Shown: positions 24,761 through 32,906, counted from the stretch's first letter. The stretch is 32,906 bases of DNA from an uncultured bacterium (GCA_964547385.1 CAZJNB010000001.1:1-32906), one strand, 5' to 3'. A program made the numbers and translations. Notes: a model not told the origin generated them from the letters alone.

Positions 24761-25693
24761 ATGGCCCCGACGGCAACCCCGCATATGAAAAACCTGAACG
24801 ACCGGCCGTTATCGCCGCGGCTCGGCGCGGCCGGCGACGACGGCGCGCCGGCGTTGAAGGTCGCCGGCTTGACGAAACGCTTCCGGCGCCGCGAGGGGAA
24901 ACGCGAAGGCTTCTGGCGCCGGCGGCCCAAGTTCGCCGCCCTCGCGGAGCTGAACTTCGAGGTGGCGCGCGGCGAGATATTCGGCCTCGTAGGGATGAAC
25001 GGCTCCGGCAAGTCCACCCTCATCCGCATCGTATCCACCCTCCTCACGCCGGACGGGGGCACGGCCGAGGTGTTCGGCCTGGGCGTCCAGCGCGAGCCGG
25101 CGCGGGTGCGCGAACTCATCAACCGCGTCGCCGTGGACGCCGCGTTCTTCAAGGTCCTCTCGGCGACGGAGAACCTGCGCTACGCGGCCCGCCTCCACGG
25201 CCTTCGCCCGGCCGCGGCGCGCACGCGTTACCAAGACATCCTACGACGTATCGGCTTCGACGTAAAGCGCCTGAGCGAGCAGGTGGAGAGCCTCTCGCGG
25301 GGCCAGCGGCAGAAGGTCGCGGTAGCGCGCGCCTTTATGTCGGCGCCGGCGCTCCTTTTACTCGACGAGCCGACGACCGGCCTCGACCCCCGCTCCAAGC
25401 GCGAGGTCCAGCGGGTCATCCGCGAGATGCGGGACGAGGAGGGGACTACGGTCCTGTTGACCACCCACGATATGGAAGAGGCGGAGCGTCTCTGCGACCG
25501 CGTGGGGATCCTCCACGAGGGACGGCTGGTCACCGAGGGGACGCCGGTGGCGCTCCGGGACCGGGCCGGCGACGGCTCGGCTCGAGCCGCGACGCTGGAA
25601 GACGCGTTCCTCACCCTCACCGGCGCCGCCTGGCTCGCCCACGAGAACGGCGGCCAGGCCGCCGGCAGCCCCGAGAAGGAAGCGACGATATGA
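24761..25693 (+). CDS. ABC transporter ATP-binding protein (ABC-2/DrrA-like subfamily)
   Basis: Walker A GMNGSGKST, signature LSRGQRQKV, Walker B LLLLDEPTTGLD, and H-loop TTHDMEEA. The preferred start is ATG 24761, preceded by GGAGG at a 7-nt spacing. The track start is TTG 24731. Confidence 0.9.
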   Translation: MAPTATPHMKNLNDRPLSPRLGAAGDDGAPALKVAGLTKRFRRREGKREGFWRRRPKFAALAELNFEVARGEIFGLVGMNGSGKSTLIRIVSTLLTPDGGTAEVFGLGVQREPARVRELINRVAVDAAFFKVLSATENLRYAARLHGLRPAAARTRYQDILRRIGFDVKRLSEQVESLSRGQRQKVAVARAFMSAPALLLLDEPTTGLDPRSKREVQRVIREMRDEEGTTVLLTTHDMEEAERLCDRVGILHEGRLVTEGTPVALRDRAGDGSARAATLEDAFLTLTGAAWLAHENGGQAAGSPEKEATI

Positions 25694-26499
25694 GAATGAA
25701 ATCGGCGATATTACGGGAGTTCTGGGCCAGCGTCGGCTTCGCCGAGCGCAACTATATGCTCGTAAAGCGCTACGCCGGGTGGGAAGTAGTATTTCTCACC
25801 TACACCGTCGTGAGCGCCCTCACCATCGGCCTTATCGGCGTCGCGACCGGCGACCGCCGCTTGGTCCTCTTCCTCATCGTCGGCGCGGTGCTGTGGGGCT
25901 TCCTCTCCGCCCTCTTCCACGAGATAAGCGAGTGCATCGCCTGGGAGCGGTGGGAGGGAACGCTGGAATATACGTTTATGGCGCCGGTGAAACGGTTCAC
26001 CCAGCTGATGGGGAACGCGCTCTACGCCGTCACCTACGGCCTCGCGCGCGCCGCGGTCGAGCTGTTGGCGTGCGCCCTCTTCTTCGGCCTCAGCCTCGCG
26101 GGCGCCAACTTCCTCACCGCCGCGGTCGTCCTCCTCGCCTCGAGCCTCCCCTTCCTGGGGATGGGCTTAGCCGCGGCGGTCCTGCCGCTGTTGTCGCGGG
26201 AGCGCGGCTCGCAGGCCACCCACATCTTCCAGGCGCTTGTCCTCCTGGTCTCGGGCGTCTACTACGACGTGAGCGTCTTGCCCGGGTGGCTCCGGCCCTT
26301 CTCGGTTATATCGCCCGCGACGTATACGCTCCGGGCGATGCGCGCCGCGGTCATGGACGGCGCCGGCGTCGCGGACGTCTCGGGCGATATACTAATCCTC
26401 ATCGTATCCGGCGTCGTCCTCATCCCCCTCGGCTTCGGCTGTTTCGTCCTCGGCGAGCGATGGGCGAAGCGGACCGGGAAGCTGAAGATCGAGGGCTAA
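25690..26499 (+). CDS. ABC-2 type transporter permease
   Basis: 269 aa with about 6 TM helices. An ATGA overlap couples it to the ATPase gene. The layout is typical of ABC-2 permeases. Confidence 0.8.
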   Translation: MRMKSAILREFWASVGFAERNYMLVKRYAGWEVVFLTYTVVSALTIGLIGVATGDRRLVLFLIVGAVLWGFLSALFHEISECIAWERWEGTLEYTFMAPVKRFTQLMGNALYAVTYGLARAAVELLACALFFGLSLAGANFLTAAVVLLASSLPFLGMGLAAAVLPLLSRERGSQATHIFQALVLLVSGVYYDVSVLPGWLRPFSVISPATYTLRAMRAAVMDGAGVADVSGDILILIVSGVVLIPLGFGCFVLGERWAKRTGKLKIEG

Positions 26500-26522
26500 C
26501 GGCGTTATCCGACGCGAAAAAA

Positions 26523-26549
26523 AGGCGGCGCCGCGCGGGGCCGCCTTTT
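26523..26549 (+). terminator. Intrinsic terminator after the ABC-2 operon
   Basis: AGGCGGC gccgcgcggg GCCGCCT followed by TTTCCTCTTT, and preceded by an A-run. Confidence 0.65.
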
Positions 26550-26638
26550 CCTCTTTGCGCGGGCATCCCCTCAGTCGGAAAGGCCGCTGGCGACGAGGAC
26601 GAGGTTCCCTTCCTTTACACCTACCAGTATTGCCCCGC

Positions 26639-26667
26639 TTGAAAACCTCCGCCCCTTATGCTATATT
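26639..26667 (+). promoter_or_regulatory. Sigma70-like promoter (TTGAAA - 17 nt - TATATT) for the activase gene
   Basis: TTGAAA at 26639-26644 and TATATT at 26662-26667. This implies a 5' UTR of about 135 nt before ATG 26809. Confidence 0.5.
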
Positions 26668-26808
26668 ACCGCCACGTTAGTCCAGCGGGCGGGCCCCCGG
26701 GCCTGTTCGGCTATATGGTAGTATATCCACTAAGCGGGACGAGCGTTCTCGTCGATTGACGCCCTCATATACTCCCTCGCCGCTCGCCCCCGATAGGAGC
26801 GTATAGCT

Positions 26809-29800
26809 ATGCACCTCGGCGCCGACCTCGGGTCCGTCAGCGTGAACCTCGTCCTGCTCGACGACGCGTCCCGCGTCGTCGAGGACCATTACCTCCGCCA
26901 TAAAGGCCAGGCGCTCCGGACGCTCGCCGCGGCCCTCGACGACGTGTTGCATCGGCACCCGGGCGAGGAGATAAAGTCGCTTTCGCTGACCGGCACCGGC
27001 GGCACCCTCGCCGCGGACATCGCCGGCGCGACCTTCGTCAACGAGATCGTCGCCCAGGCCGCCGCGGTCGGCCGGCTCTATCCGGCCGTCCATACCGTCA
27101 TCGAGATCGGCGGCCAGGATTCCAAGCTCATCATCCTCGGCGAGGACGAGAAGACCGGCCGGACCGTCATCCGCGACTTCGCGATGAACGCCATTTGCGC
27201 CGCGGGCACCGGCTCCTTTCTCGACCAACAGGCGAGCCGCCTCGGCCTTAGCGTCGAGGCGTTCGGCGAGCTGGCGCTGCGCTCGCCGCGGCCGCCGCGC
27301 ATCGCCGGCCGCTGTTCGGTCTTCGCGAAGTCCGATATGATCCACCTCCAGCAGGAGGGCGCGCCCGACTACGACATCGTCGCGGGCCTGTGCTTCGCGA
27401 TGGCGCGCAACTTCAAGGCCACGATCGCGAAGGGCAAGGACTTCCGCTTCGCCTACTGTTTTATGGGCGGCGTCGCCGCCAACAAGGGGATGGTCCGCGC
27501 GTTCACCGAGGTCCTGGGGCTGGACGCCGGCGAGCTCGTCATCCCGGAACATTACGCGTCGATGGGCGCCATCGGCGCCGTCCTGACCGCCGCCGAGCGC
27601 GGCGAGCTTGCGCCCTTCGCCGGCACGGCGGCCCTCCACGACTACCTCGCCGGCGAGCACGCCGAGGAGGAGGGGCTCGAGCCTTTGGTCCTCCGCGAGG
27701 CCCACCGGGCGGCGAAGGCCGCGGCCGCGGCGCCCGCCGGCGGCGCTAAGCTCGATTGCTTCCTCGGCATCGACGTCGGCTCCCTCTCCACCAACGTCGT
27801 CGCGATGGACAAGGATTACAACATCATCTCGAAGAGATATCTGATGACCGCGGGCCGGCCGATCGAGGCGATCCGCCAGGGCCTGGCGGAGGTCGGCGCC
27901 GAGGTCGCGGACAAGGTGGTTATCCGCGGCGTCGGCACCACCGGCTCGGGCCGTTACCTCACCGGCGACTTCGTCGGCGCCGATATAGTCAAAAACGAGA
28001 TAACCGCGCAGGCGACCGCCGCGGCCTACATCGACGCCGGCGTGGATACCGTCTTCGAAATCGGCGGCCAGGACTCCAAGTATATCTCGCTCGACGGCGG
28101 CGCGATCGTGGACTTCGAGATGAACAAAGTCTGCGCCGCCGGAACCGGCTCCTTCATCGAGGAGCAGAGCGAGCGGCTGGGCGTGAACATCAAGCGGGAG
28201 TTCGGCGAGCTGGCGTTGTCGGCGCCGGAGCCGTGCCTCCTGGGCGAGCGGTGCACCGTCTTTATGGAGACGGACATCCTGAGCCACCAACAGCGGGGCG
28301 CGCCGCGCGACGCGTTGTGCGCCGGCCTCGCCTACTCCATAGTCCTCAACTACCTCAACCGCGTCGTCCAGGAGAAGCGCGTGGGCGACAACATCTTCTT
28401 CCAGGGCGGCGTCGCCTTCAACAAGAGCGTCGTCGCCGCGTTCGAGAAGATAACCGGGAAGGAAGTAACGGTCCCGGACCACCACGAAGTAACGGGCGCC
28501 TGGGGGATGGCGATGCTCGCGCGCGAGGAATGGGACGGCACCCGCGCGAGCACGTTCAAGGGGTGGGACCTCTCACACAAAAAATACGAACAGAGCTCGT
28601 TCGAGTGCGAGGACTGCCCAAACGCGTGCGAGATTAAGGTCGTCGAGGTCGAGGGCGAAGCGCCGCTCTACTATGGCTCGCGGTGCGAGAAATACGACGT
28701 CGAGCGCAAGAAAGCGCACGAGCGCGGCGAGGGTTTGCCGAACCTCTTCGCGGTCCGCGAGAAGTTATTGAACGCGGCCTACACGCAGGTACACCCGCGC
28801 GAGGATGCGCCCCGCGTCGGCCTGCCGCGCGCGCTCTTCGTCCACGAGATGTTGCCGTTCTTCCGGACGCTCTTGGCGGAGCTCGGCTTCAACGTCGTCC
28901 TCTCGGACCGGACGAACAAGGGTATTATTCACGACGGCGTCGAAGCGGTGGCGTCGGAGTGCTGTTTCCCGGTAAAAGTAGCGCACGGCCACGTCCTGAA
29001 CCTGCTCGCGAAGGGCGTGGACGCGATATTTATGCCGTCCGCGATCTCGCTCGAGCGGCAGAACGCCCTCACCGACAAATCGTTCACCTGCCCCTACATC
29101 CAGACGGCGCCCTACGTCATCGCCGCGGCGCTGGACCTCCCGGCGCGCGAGATGCCCGTCCTGGTGCCGAAGCTCTACTTCGAGCGCGGCGACGGCGCCC
29201 TCGTGAACGCGCTCTATGACGCCCTCAAGGTCCTGGGCGTGCGCAAGGGCGACGTCCGCCGGGCCTACGGCGCCGCGAAACGGGCCCAGAACGAGTTCTA
29301 CGCCAGGATCAAGGCCCGCGGCATCCAGGCGCTGGAGGCGCTCGGCAAAGACGACAACGCCGTCGTCGTAATAGGCCGGCCGTATAATACCTGCGACGGC
29401 GGCATCAACCTCGAGATGCCCAAGAAGTTCCGCGACTTGGGGACGCTCGCGATCCCGATGGACTTCCTGCCCCTCGAGGAAGTGGAGCTGTCCGCCGAGT
29501 GGGACAATATGTATTGGAAATACGGCCAGCGTATTCTCTCGGCGGTCGAAATTATCCGCAAGGACGCCCGCCTCCACGGCGTCTATATCACCAACTTCGG
29601 CTGTGGGCCGGACTCGTTCCTGCTCAAGTTCTTCCGCGTCAAGATGGGCGGCAAGCCGTTCCTCCAGCTCGAGATCGACGAGCACTCCGCCGACGCCGGC
29701 GCCATCACCCGCGCCGAGGCGTTCCTCGACAGCATCAAGAACTTCCGCGACAAGCCGGCGCAGGGCGTGGACATCAAGACGATATCGCTCGCCGAGGGCG

Positions 29801-31014
29801 GCAGTAAGCGGACCGTCTACATCCCGTATATGTGCGACCACGCCTACGCGGTGCGCGCCGCGTTCGAGGCGGTCGGCGTCCCGGCCGTCGTTATGGACGA
29901 GCCGGACGAGGAGACGCTGGTATGGGGCCGCAAGTTCACCACCGGCAAAGAGTGCTACCCGTGCATCGTAACGACCGGCGATATGGTGAAATACGCGAAG
30001 AGGCCCGACTTCGACGCCAAGCGGACCCTCTTCTTTATGCCCGCGGGCTCCGGCCCTTGCCGCTTCGGCCAATACAATATGCTCCACCGCGTCGTCCTCG
30101 CCGAGCTCGGGCTGGGCGAAGTGCCGGTCTTCAGCCCCAACCAGGGCAAGACGTTGTATAACGACCTCGGCATCGTCGGCTCCGACTTCACCCGCCGGGC
30201 CTGGTGGGGCGTCGTCGCCATCGATATGCTCGAGAAGTTGCTGTTGCAGACGCGGCCCTACGAGCTGGCGGCCGGCGCCGCGCACGAGCTCTACTGGCGC
30301 TACGTTAAACGCGTCGAGGAGAGCATCGTGCGGGACGGCAGCCTCGACGCCATCGTGGACATTTGCCGGGAGGCCGCGGCGGCGTGGCCCACGCTGGGCG
30401 TCGCCGACGAGGCGAAGCCCGTCATCGGCATCGTCGGCGAAATATACGTCCGCTCCAACCGCTTCTCGAACAGCAACTTCATCGCCCAGGTGGAGGCGCT
30501 CGGCGGCGAATGCTACCTGCCGCCGATTTCGGAGTGGTTCTGGTATACCAACTGGACGCGCCACCGCGACTGTCGCATCCGCGGCGACTACGGCCGGCGC
30601 GCCCTCAGCCTCATCACCCAGAAGATACAGAAGAACGACTACGCCAAGATAACGGCGCCCTTCGACGGCCTCGTGCGCAACTGGCCCGAGCCGCCGATCG
30701 AGGAGACGATAAAGGTCGGCTCGCGCTACGTCCACGATACCTTCGAGGGGGAGGCGATACTGTCGCTGGGGAAGGCCGCGGAGTTCGTAGCGCACGGCTG
30801 TCACGGCGTCGCGAACCTGATGCCGTTCACCTGTATGCCGGGCGTAATCGTCTCGGCGCTCCTCAAGCGCGTCCAAGCCGACTACGACAACTTCCCCATC
30901 ATCAATATGGCCTACGACGGCCTCGAGTCCGCCACCACCCGCACCCGCGTCGAGGCGTTCATGCACCAGGCCCGCCAACGCGCCGAGGTCGCAAAGGTGG
31001 CGGGGAGGAAATAA
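26809..31014 (+). CDS. Double BadF/BadG/BcrA/BcrD(HgdC)-type ATPase ('CoA-substrate-specific enzyme activase') fused to a DUF2229-like C-terminal region
   Basis: Two ASKHA ATPase modules are present (GADLGSVSVNLVLLD...EIGGQDSKLI...CAAGTGSFLDQQ and GIDVGSLSTNVVAMD...EIGGQDSKYI...CAAGTGSFIEEQ). A long Cys-containing C-terminal region follows, as in the roughly 1400-aa activase-related fusion proteins. AGGAG lies 9 nt upstream of the ATG. Confidence 0.8.
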   Translation: MHLGADLGSVSVNLVLLDDASRVVEDHYLRHKGQALRTLAAALDDVLHRHPGEEIKSLSLTGTGGTLAADIAGATFVNEIVAQAAAVGRLYPAVHTVIEIGGQDSKLIILGEDEKTGRTVIRDFAMNAICAAGTGSFLDQQASRLGLSVEAFGELALRSPRPPRIAGRCSVFAKSDMIHLQQEGAPDYDIVAGLCFAMARNFKATIAKGKDFRFAYCFMGGVAANKGMVRAFTEVLGLDAGELVIPEHYASMGAIGAVLTAAERGELAPFAGTAALHDYLAGEHAEEEGLEPLVLREAHRAAKAAAAAPAGGAKLDCFLGIDVGSLSTNVVAMDKDYNIISKRYLMTAGRPIEAIRQGLAEVGAEVADKVVIRGVGTTGSGRYLTGDFVGADIVKNEITAQATAAAYIDAGVDTVFEIGGQDSKYISLDGGAIVDFEMNKVCAAGTGSFIEEQSERLGVNIKREFGELALSAPEPCLLGERCTVFMETDILSHQQRGAPRDALCAGLAYSIVLNYLNRVVQEKRVGDNIFFQGGVAFNKSVVAAFEKITGKEVTVPDHHEVTGAWGMAMLAREEWDGTRASTFKGWDLSHKKYEQSSFECEDCPNACEIKVVEVEGEAPLYYGSRCEKYDVERKKAHERGEGLPNLFAVREKLLNAAYTQVHPREDAPRVGLPRALFVHEMLPFFRTLLAELGFNVVLSDRTNKGIIHDGVEAVASECCFPVKVAHGHVLNLLAKGVDAIFMPSAISLERQNALTDKSFTCPYIQTAPYVIAAALDLPAREMPVLVPKLYFERGDGALVNALYDALKVLGVRKGDVRRAYGAAKRAQNEFYARIKARGIQALEALGKDDNAVVVIGRPYNTCDGGINLEMPKKFRDLGTLAIPMDFLPLEEVELSAEWDNMYWKYGQRILSAVEIIRKDARLHGVYITNFGCGPDSFLLKFFRVKMGGKPFLQLEIDEHSADAGAITRAEAFLDSIKNFRDKPAQGVDIKTISLAEGGSKRTVYIPYMCDHAYAVRAAFEAVGVPAVVMDEPDEETLVWGRKFTTGKECYPCIVTTGDMVKYAKRPDFDAKRTLFFMPAGSGPCRFGQYNMLHRVVLAELGLGEVPVFSPNQGKTLYNDLGIVGSDFTRRAWWGVVAIDMLEKLLLQTRPYELAAGAAHELYWRYVKRVEESIVRDGSLDAIVDICREAAAAWPTLGVADEAKPVIGIVGEIYVRSNRFSNSNFIAQVEALGGECYLPPISEWFWYTNWTRHRDCRIRGDYGRRALSLITQKIQKNDYAKITAPFDGLVRNWPEPPIEETIKVGSRYVHDTFEGEAILSLGKAAEFVAHGCHGVANLMPFTCMPGVIVSALLKRVQADYDNFPIINMAYDGLESATTRTRVEAFMHQARQRAEVAKVAGRK

Positions 31015-31015
31015 G

Positions 31016-31027
31016 GTTTCTAGAAAC
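31016..31027. repeat. Perfect 12-bp palindrome GTTTCTAGAAAC at the left islet boundary
   Basis: Read directly from the sequence. It overlaps the left direct-repeat copy. Confidence 0.9.
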
Positions 31028-31121
31028 GAGCATTCCCGGCGGTGTAGAACCTACCGGTACAAGAAACCCAAGGAGACCAAGGAACGCGTTACGGAAAAGT
31101 ACAAACGTTAAAGGGGTAACT

Positions 31122-31970
31122 GTGGCCGCGAAGAGAGGAGAATTATATGAATCGCTTACACAGAGGGTTTTCGACCTTATAGTTAATCAGAAGAAAGTTA
31201 ATACTATAAAAATACAAAGAGATGTAAAAGTACAGGGAATTACGGCGAAGCATCAAATCGACGTTTATTGGGAGTTCGAACGGGGAGGGATAAAATATAT
31301 AACGTTGGTTTCGGCTAAAGACTGGGCGAGCCGAGTACCGCAATCCGAATTATTTAGTTTCGGCGAAATATTAAAAGATATCCCGGGCCAACCTAAAGGT
31401 ATATTCGTAACTAAAACCGGTTACCAGAAAGGAGCATTTGAGTATGCAAAGGCCCATGGCATTAAACTATACGTTTTAAGAGAACCAACCGAAGCCGATT
31501 GGGAGGGAAGGGTAAAAGACATCCATATTACGATCCACGCTATATTCCCGCACGCTGAAGCCTTAGAATTAGAACCGGACGAAGAATGGGTAAAAGCAGA
31601 AGCAAGGAAAACGGGTTTGAGTGATGAATTCGGTTTGGAGATAGCGGGGTTATCGAATCAATTATTTTTATTAAACGAAGGTGGCGAACGGTTGGCTAGT
31701 ATTTACGATATTATTAATTCGTTCTACCCTAGCGGGGGGGAAGAATTACCTCCTACGCGTAGAACCCGCGAATTTAAGGAACCTACTTTCTTGGAGACTG
31801 GAGATCCGCGGTTGCCGAGAATTAAAATAAAAAGCATTTCGGCAACAGTATCGGTCTCGATGATACCGCACGGTATAGTTATCCGGGGCGCCGATTTAAT
31901 AAGCCATATTTTATACGATATTATTTCGGGTGAAGGTAAGTTTTTACGTAAGGGCGATATTCTGCCTTAA
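31122..31970 (+). CDS. Mrr-like PD-(D/E)xK restriction endonuclease-domain protein with uncharacterised C-terminal domain of about 150 aa
   Basis: GTG 31122 lies 5 nt after AAAGGGG. The N-terminal 130 aa match the Mrr_cat-type pattern (YESLTQRVFDLI...VQGITAKHQIDVYWEF...ITLVSAKDW...VPQSELFSFGEIL...GIFVTKTGYQKGAFEYAKAHGIKLYVL). The part of track ORF 30363..31970 upstream of 31122 overlaps the activase gene and is discarded. Confidence 0.65.
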   Translation: MAAKRGELYESLTQRVFDLIVNQKKVNTIKIQRDVKVQGITAKHQIDVYWEFERGGIKYITLVSAKDWASRVPQSELFSFGEILKDIPGQPKGIFVTKTGYQKGAFEYAKAHGIKLYVLREPTEADWEGRVKDIHITIHAIFPHAEALELEPDEEWVKAEARKTGLSDEFGLEIAGLSNQLFLLNEGGERLASIYDIINSFYPSGGEELPPTRRTREFKEPTFLETGDPRLPRIKIKSISATVSVSMIPHGIVIRGADLISHILYDIISGEGKFLRKGDILP

Positions 31971-32067
31971 GCTTAATAAGGTTAATATTAGTTGGCGTCC
32001 CTCGTCTGCCGCTCTTCGAAAAGGGAATCCCCGTCGCGCAACCGGCGAGTCGCCCCTATAGTTGCGG

Positions 32068-32087
32068 CAAGGGCCTTAAGGCCCTTG
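32068..32087. repeat. Perfect hairpin CAAGGGCC ttaa GGCCCTTG
   Basis: Read directly from the sequence. Part of a hairpin and repeat field in the 31984..32253 spacer. Confidence 0.85.
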
Positions 32088-32098
32088 TCTCGCTAGGT

Positions 32099-32121
32099 GG
32101 GCCGGCCTAAAAGGCCGGCCC
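32099..32121. repeat. Perfect hairpin GGGCCGGCC taaaa GGCCGGCCC
   Basis: Read directly from the sequence. A 9-bp stem. Confidence 0.85.
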
Positions 32122-32201
32122 CTACGTTTCGGTTTATGGCGGTAGGGTCGTTCGGGCGGTCGCCCCTACGGAACACCCGGGCCCTGCCTAAGAAAATGTA
32201 G

Positions 32202-32223
32202 GGGCCGACATTTCTGTCGGCCC
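32202..32223. terminator. Bidirectional terminator-like hairpin GGGCCGACA tttc TGTCGGCCC
   Basis: A 9-bp stem, followed by GTTTGT on the plus strand and by CTACATTTTCTT on the minus strand. It lies about 30 nt beyond the stop of the radical SAM gene. Confidence 0.6.
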
Positions 32224-32253
32224 GTTTGTAACATACGCGTTCGGCCGGACCTT

Positions 32254-32906
32254 TCACCGGCCGAACAGCGCCCGGCCGAGCCGCCGGGCGGCGCCGGCGA
32301 CGCCCAGGTTCGCCATCGTCCGCCGCGCCACCTCCACCGCGCCCTTTACCGGGTGCCGTTTGAGGTAGGCCGTCAGGACGTCCCGCTCCGCCTTGGCCTT
32401 GAGCCGTATCAGCTCCGCGTCCGCCAGCGCCGTCAGGTTGACGACGAGGTCCGTCGCGGTCCCGAGCCGCGAGACGTAGGCCTCTTCGTCGCCGATGAGG
32501 CCCTTCCCCCTCGCCCATTCGTAGAGCTCGCTCCCCGGATACGGCGTGACGAAGTTGAACGTCGCCGTCACGTCGGCCTCCGCGCACAAGCGCACCGTCT
32601 CGGCGACGGTCTCGGCGGTCTCGGACGGCATCCCGAGCATAAACGACGCGTCGGCGTGGATGCCCGCGGCCGCGGTGAGCCGGAGGGCGTGCGCCGCCTG
32701 CGCCGGCTCGAGCGCCTTCTTCATCTCCGCGAGGATGCGACGCGAGCCGGACTCGACGCCGTAGGAAATCCAGAAACACCCGGCCTCTTTCATCAACGCC
32801 AGAAGAGAACTATCAACCAGATCGACACGGCCCAGGCACGACCACGCCAGCTCGAGCTTCGACGAGATTATTAGGCGGCACAGCTCCTCGAGCCACGCGC
32901 GCTTGG
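32254..32906 (-). CDS. Radical SAM family protein, C-terminal part (5' end beyond the window)
   Basis: The frame stays open from 32796 to the window edge (KRAWLEELCRLIISSKLELAWSCLGRVDLVDSSLLALMKEAGCFWISYGVESGS...FMLGMPSETAETV...NFVTPYPGSELY). This is typical of the barrel half of (B12-binding-type) radical SAM enzymes. Confidence 0.6.
   Translation of the reverse strand, partial: KRAWLEELCRLIISSKLELAWSCLGRVDLVDSSLLALMKEAGCFWISYGVESGSRRILAEMKKALEPAQAAHALRLTAAAGIHADASFMLGMPSETAETVAETVRLCAEADVTATFNFVTPYPGSELYEWARGKGLIGDEEAYVSRLGTATDLVVNLTALADAELIRLKAKAERDVLTAYLKRHPVKGAVEVARRTMANLGVAGAARRLGRALFGR

Larger units (their letters stand above)
31010..31983. other. Low-GC genomic islet (about 1 kb) carrying one gene, bracketed by the 9-bp direct repeat AATAAGGTT
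   Basis: There is a sharp compositional drop, clearly AT-rich by eye against the GC-rich flanks. AATAAGGTT occurs at 31010-31018 and 31975-31983. I see no integrase or transposase. Confidence 0.55.

Noticed and set aside
24490-25152. 220-aa minus-strand ORF spanning the ABC ATPase start and the upstream RNA region
   Set aside because: It is antisense to a gene with clear Walker A and signature motifs. Its composition is Arg/Pro/Ser-rich, and it crosses a plus-strand terminator.
26677-30978. 602-aa and 737-aa minus-strand ORFs antisense to the activase gene, and plus-strand alternative-frame ORFs (27756..28637 and others)
   Set aside because: They have no motifs and biased composition. The plus-strand 1401-aa frame has two clear ASKHA ATPase modules.
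30363-31121. N-terminal 253 codons of track ORF 30363..31970
   Set aside because: This GC-rich part overlaps the activase gene out of frame and is Arg-rich. Only the AT-rich part from GTG 31122, which has an SD, looks like genuine coding sequence.

Overview
This is a high-GC window (about two-thirds G+C by eye) from a diderm bacterium, since an LptD homologue is present. Most of it is cell-envelope and housekeeping genes.

**Gene content, in order:**
- Three tandem paralogs of a DUF2079-like polytopic membrane protein, each with a conserved C-terminal domain of about 200 aa. The first is cut by the window edge.
- A small putative outer-membrane beta-barrel protein and a secreted Cys-knuckle protein.
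- An initiator tRNA-fMet.
- A minus-strand five-gene nucleotide-sugar operon: GT4 glycosyltransferase, then WbpB-like oxidoreductase, WbpD-like acetyltransferase, WbpE/DegT-like aminotransferase and WecB/WbpI-like 2-epimerase.
- A Memo-like (AmmeMemoRadiSam B) gene flanked by two small membrane proteins.
- valS.
- A plus-strand operon: an unknown domain fused to CBS, two stand-alone cNMP-binding proteins, a GT-C-like membrane protein, LepB and LptD.
- An ABC-2 transporter pair.
- A 1401-aa double BcrA/HgdC-type activase fusion.
- An AT-rich islet of about 1 kb with an Mrr-like nuclease gene.
- The 3' part of a radical SAM gene running off the right edge.

**Most interesting non-coding signals:**
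- Upstream of valS, a near-consensus promoter is followed by a 27-codon ORF with a V-P-V-V-V run and then an intrinsic terminator. No other gene explains these elements. This looks like a Val-sensing leader-peptide attenuator.
- Upstream of the ABC-2 transporter, a promoter and terminator bracket about 220 nt of RNA that I cannot assign to any family.
- The low-GC Mrr-like islet is flanked by a 9-bp direct repeat and followed by a field of GC-rich hairpins and repeats.

I saw no CRISPR array, transposase, integrase or reverse transcriptase. The many long overlapping or antisense ORFs in the track are Arg/Pro/Gly-rich high-GC artefacts. All functional calls come from motif recognition by eye. 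No database search was run.
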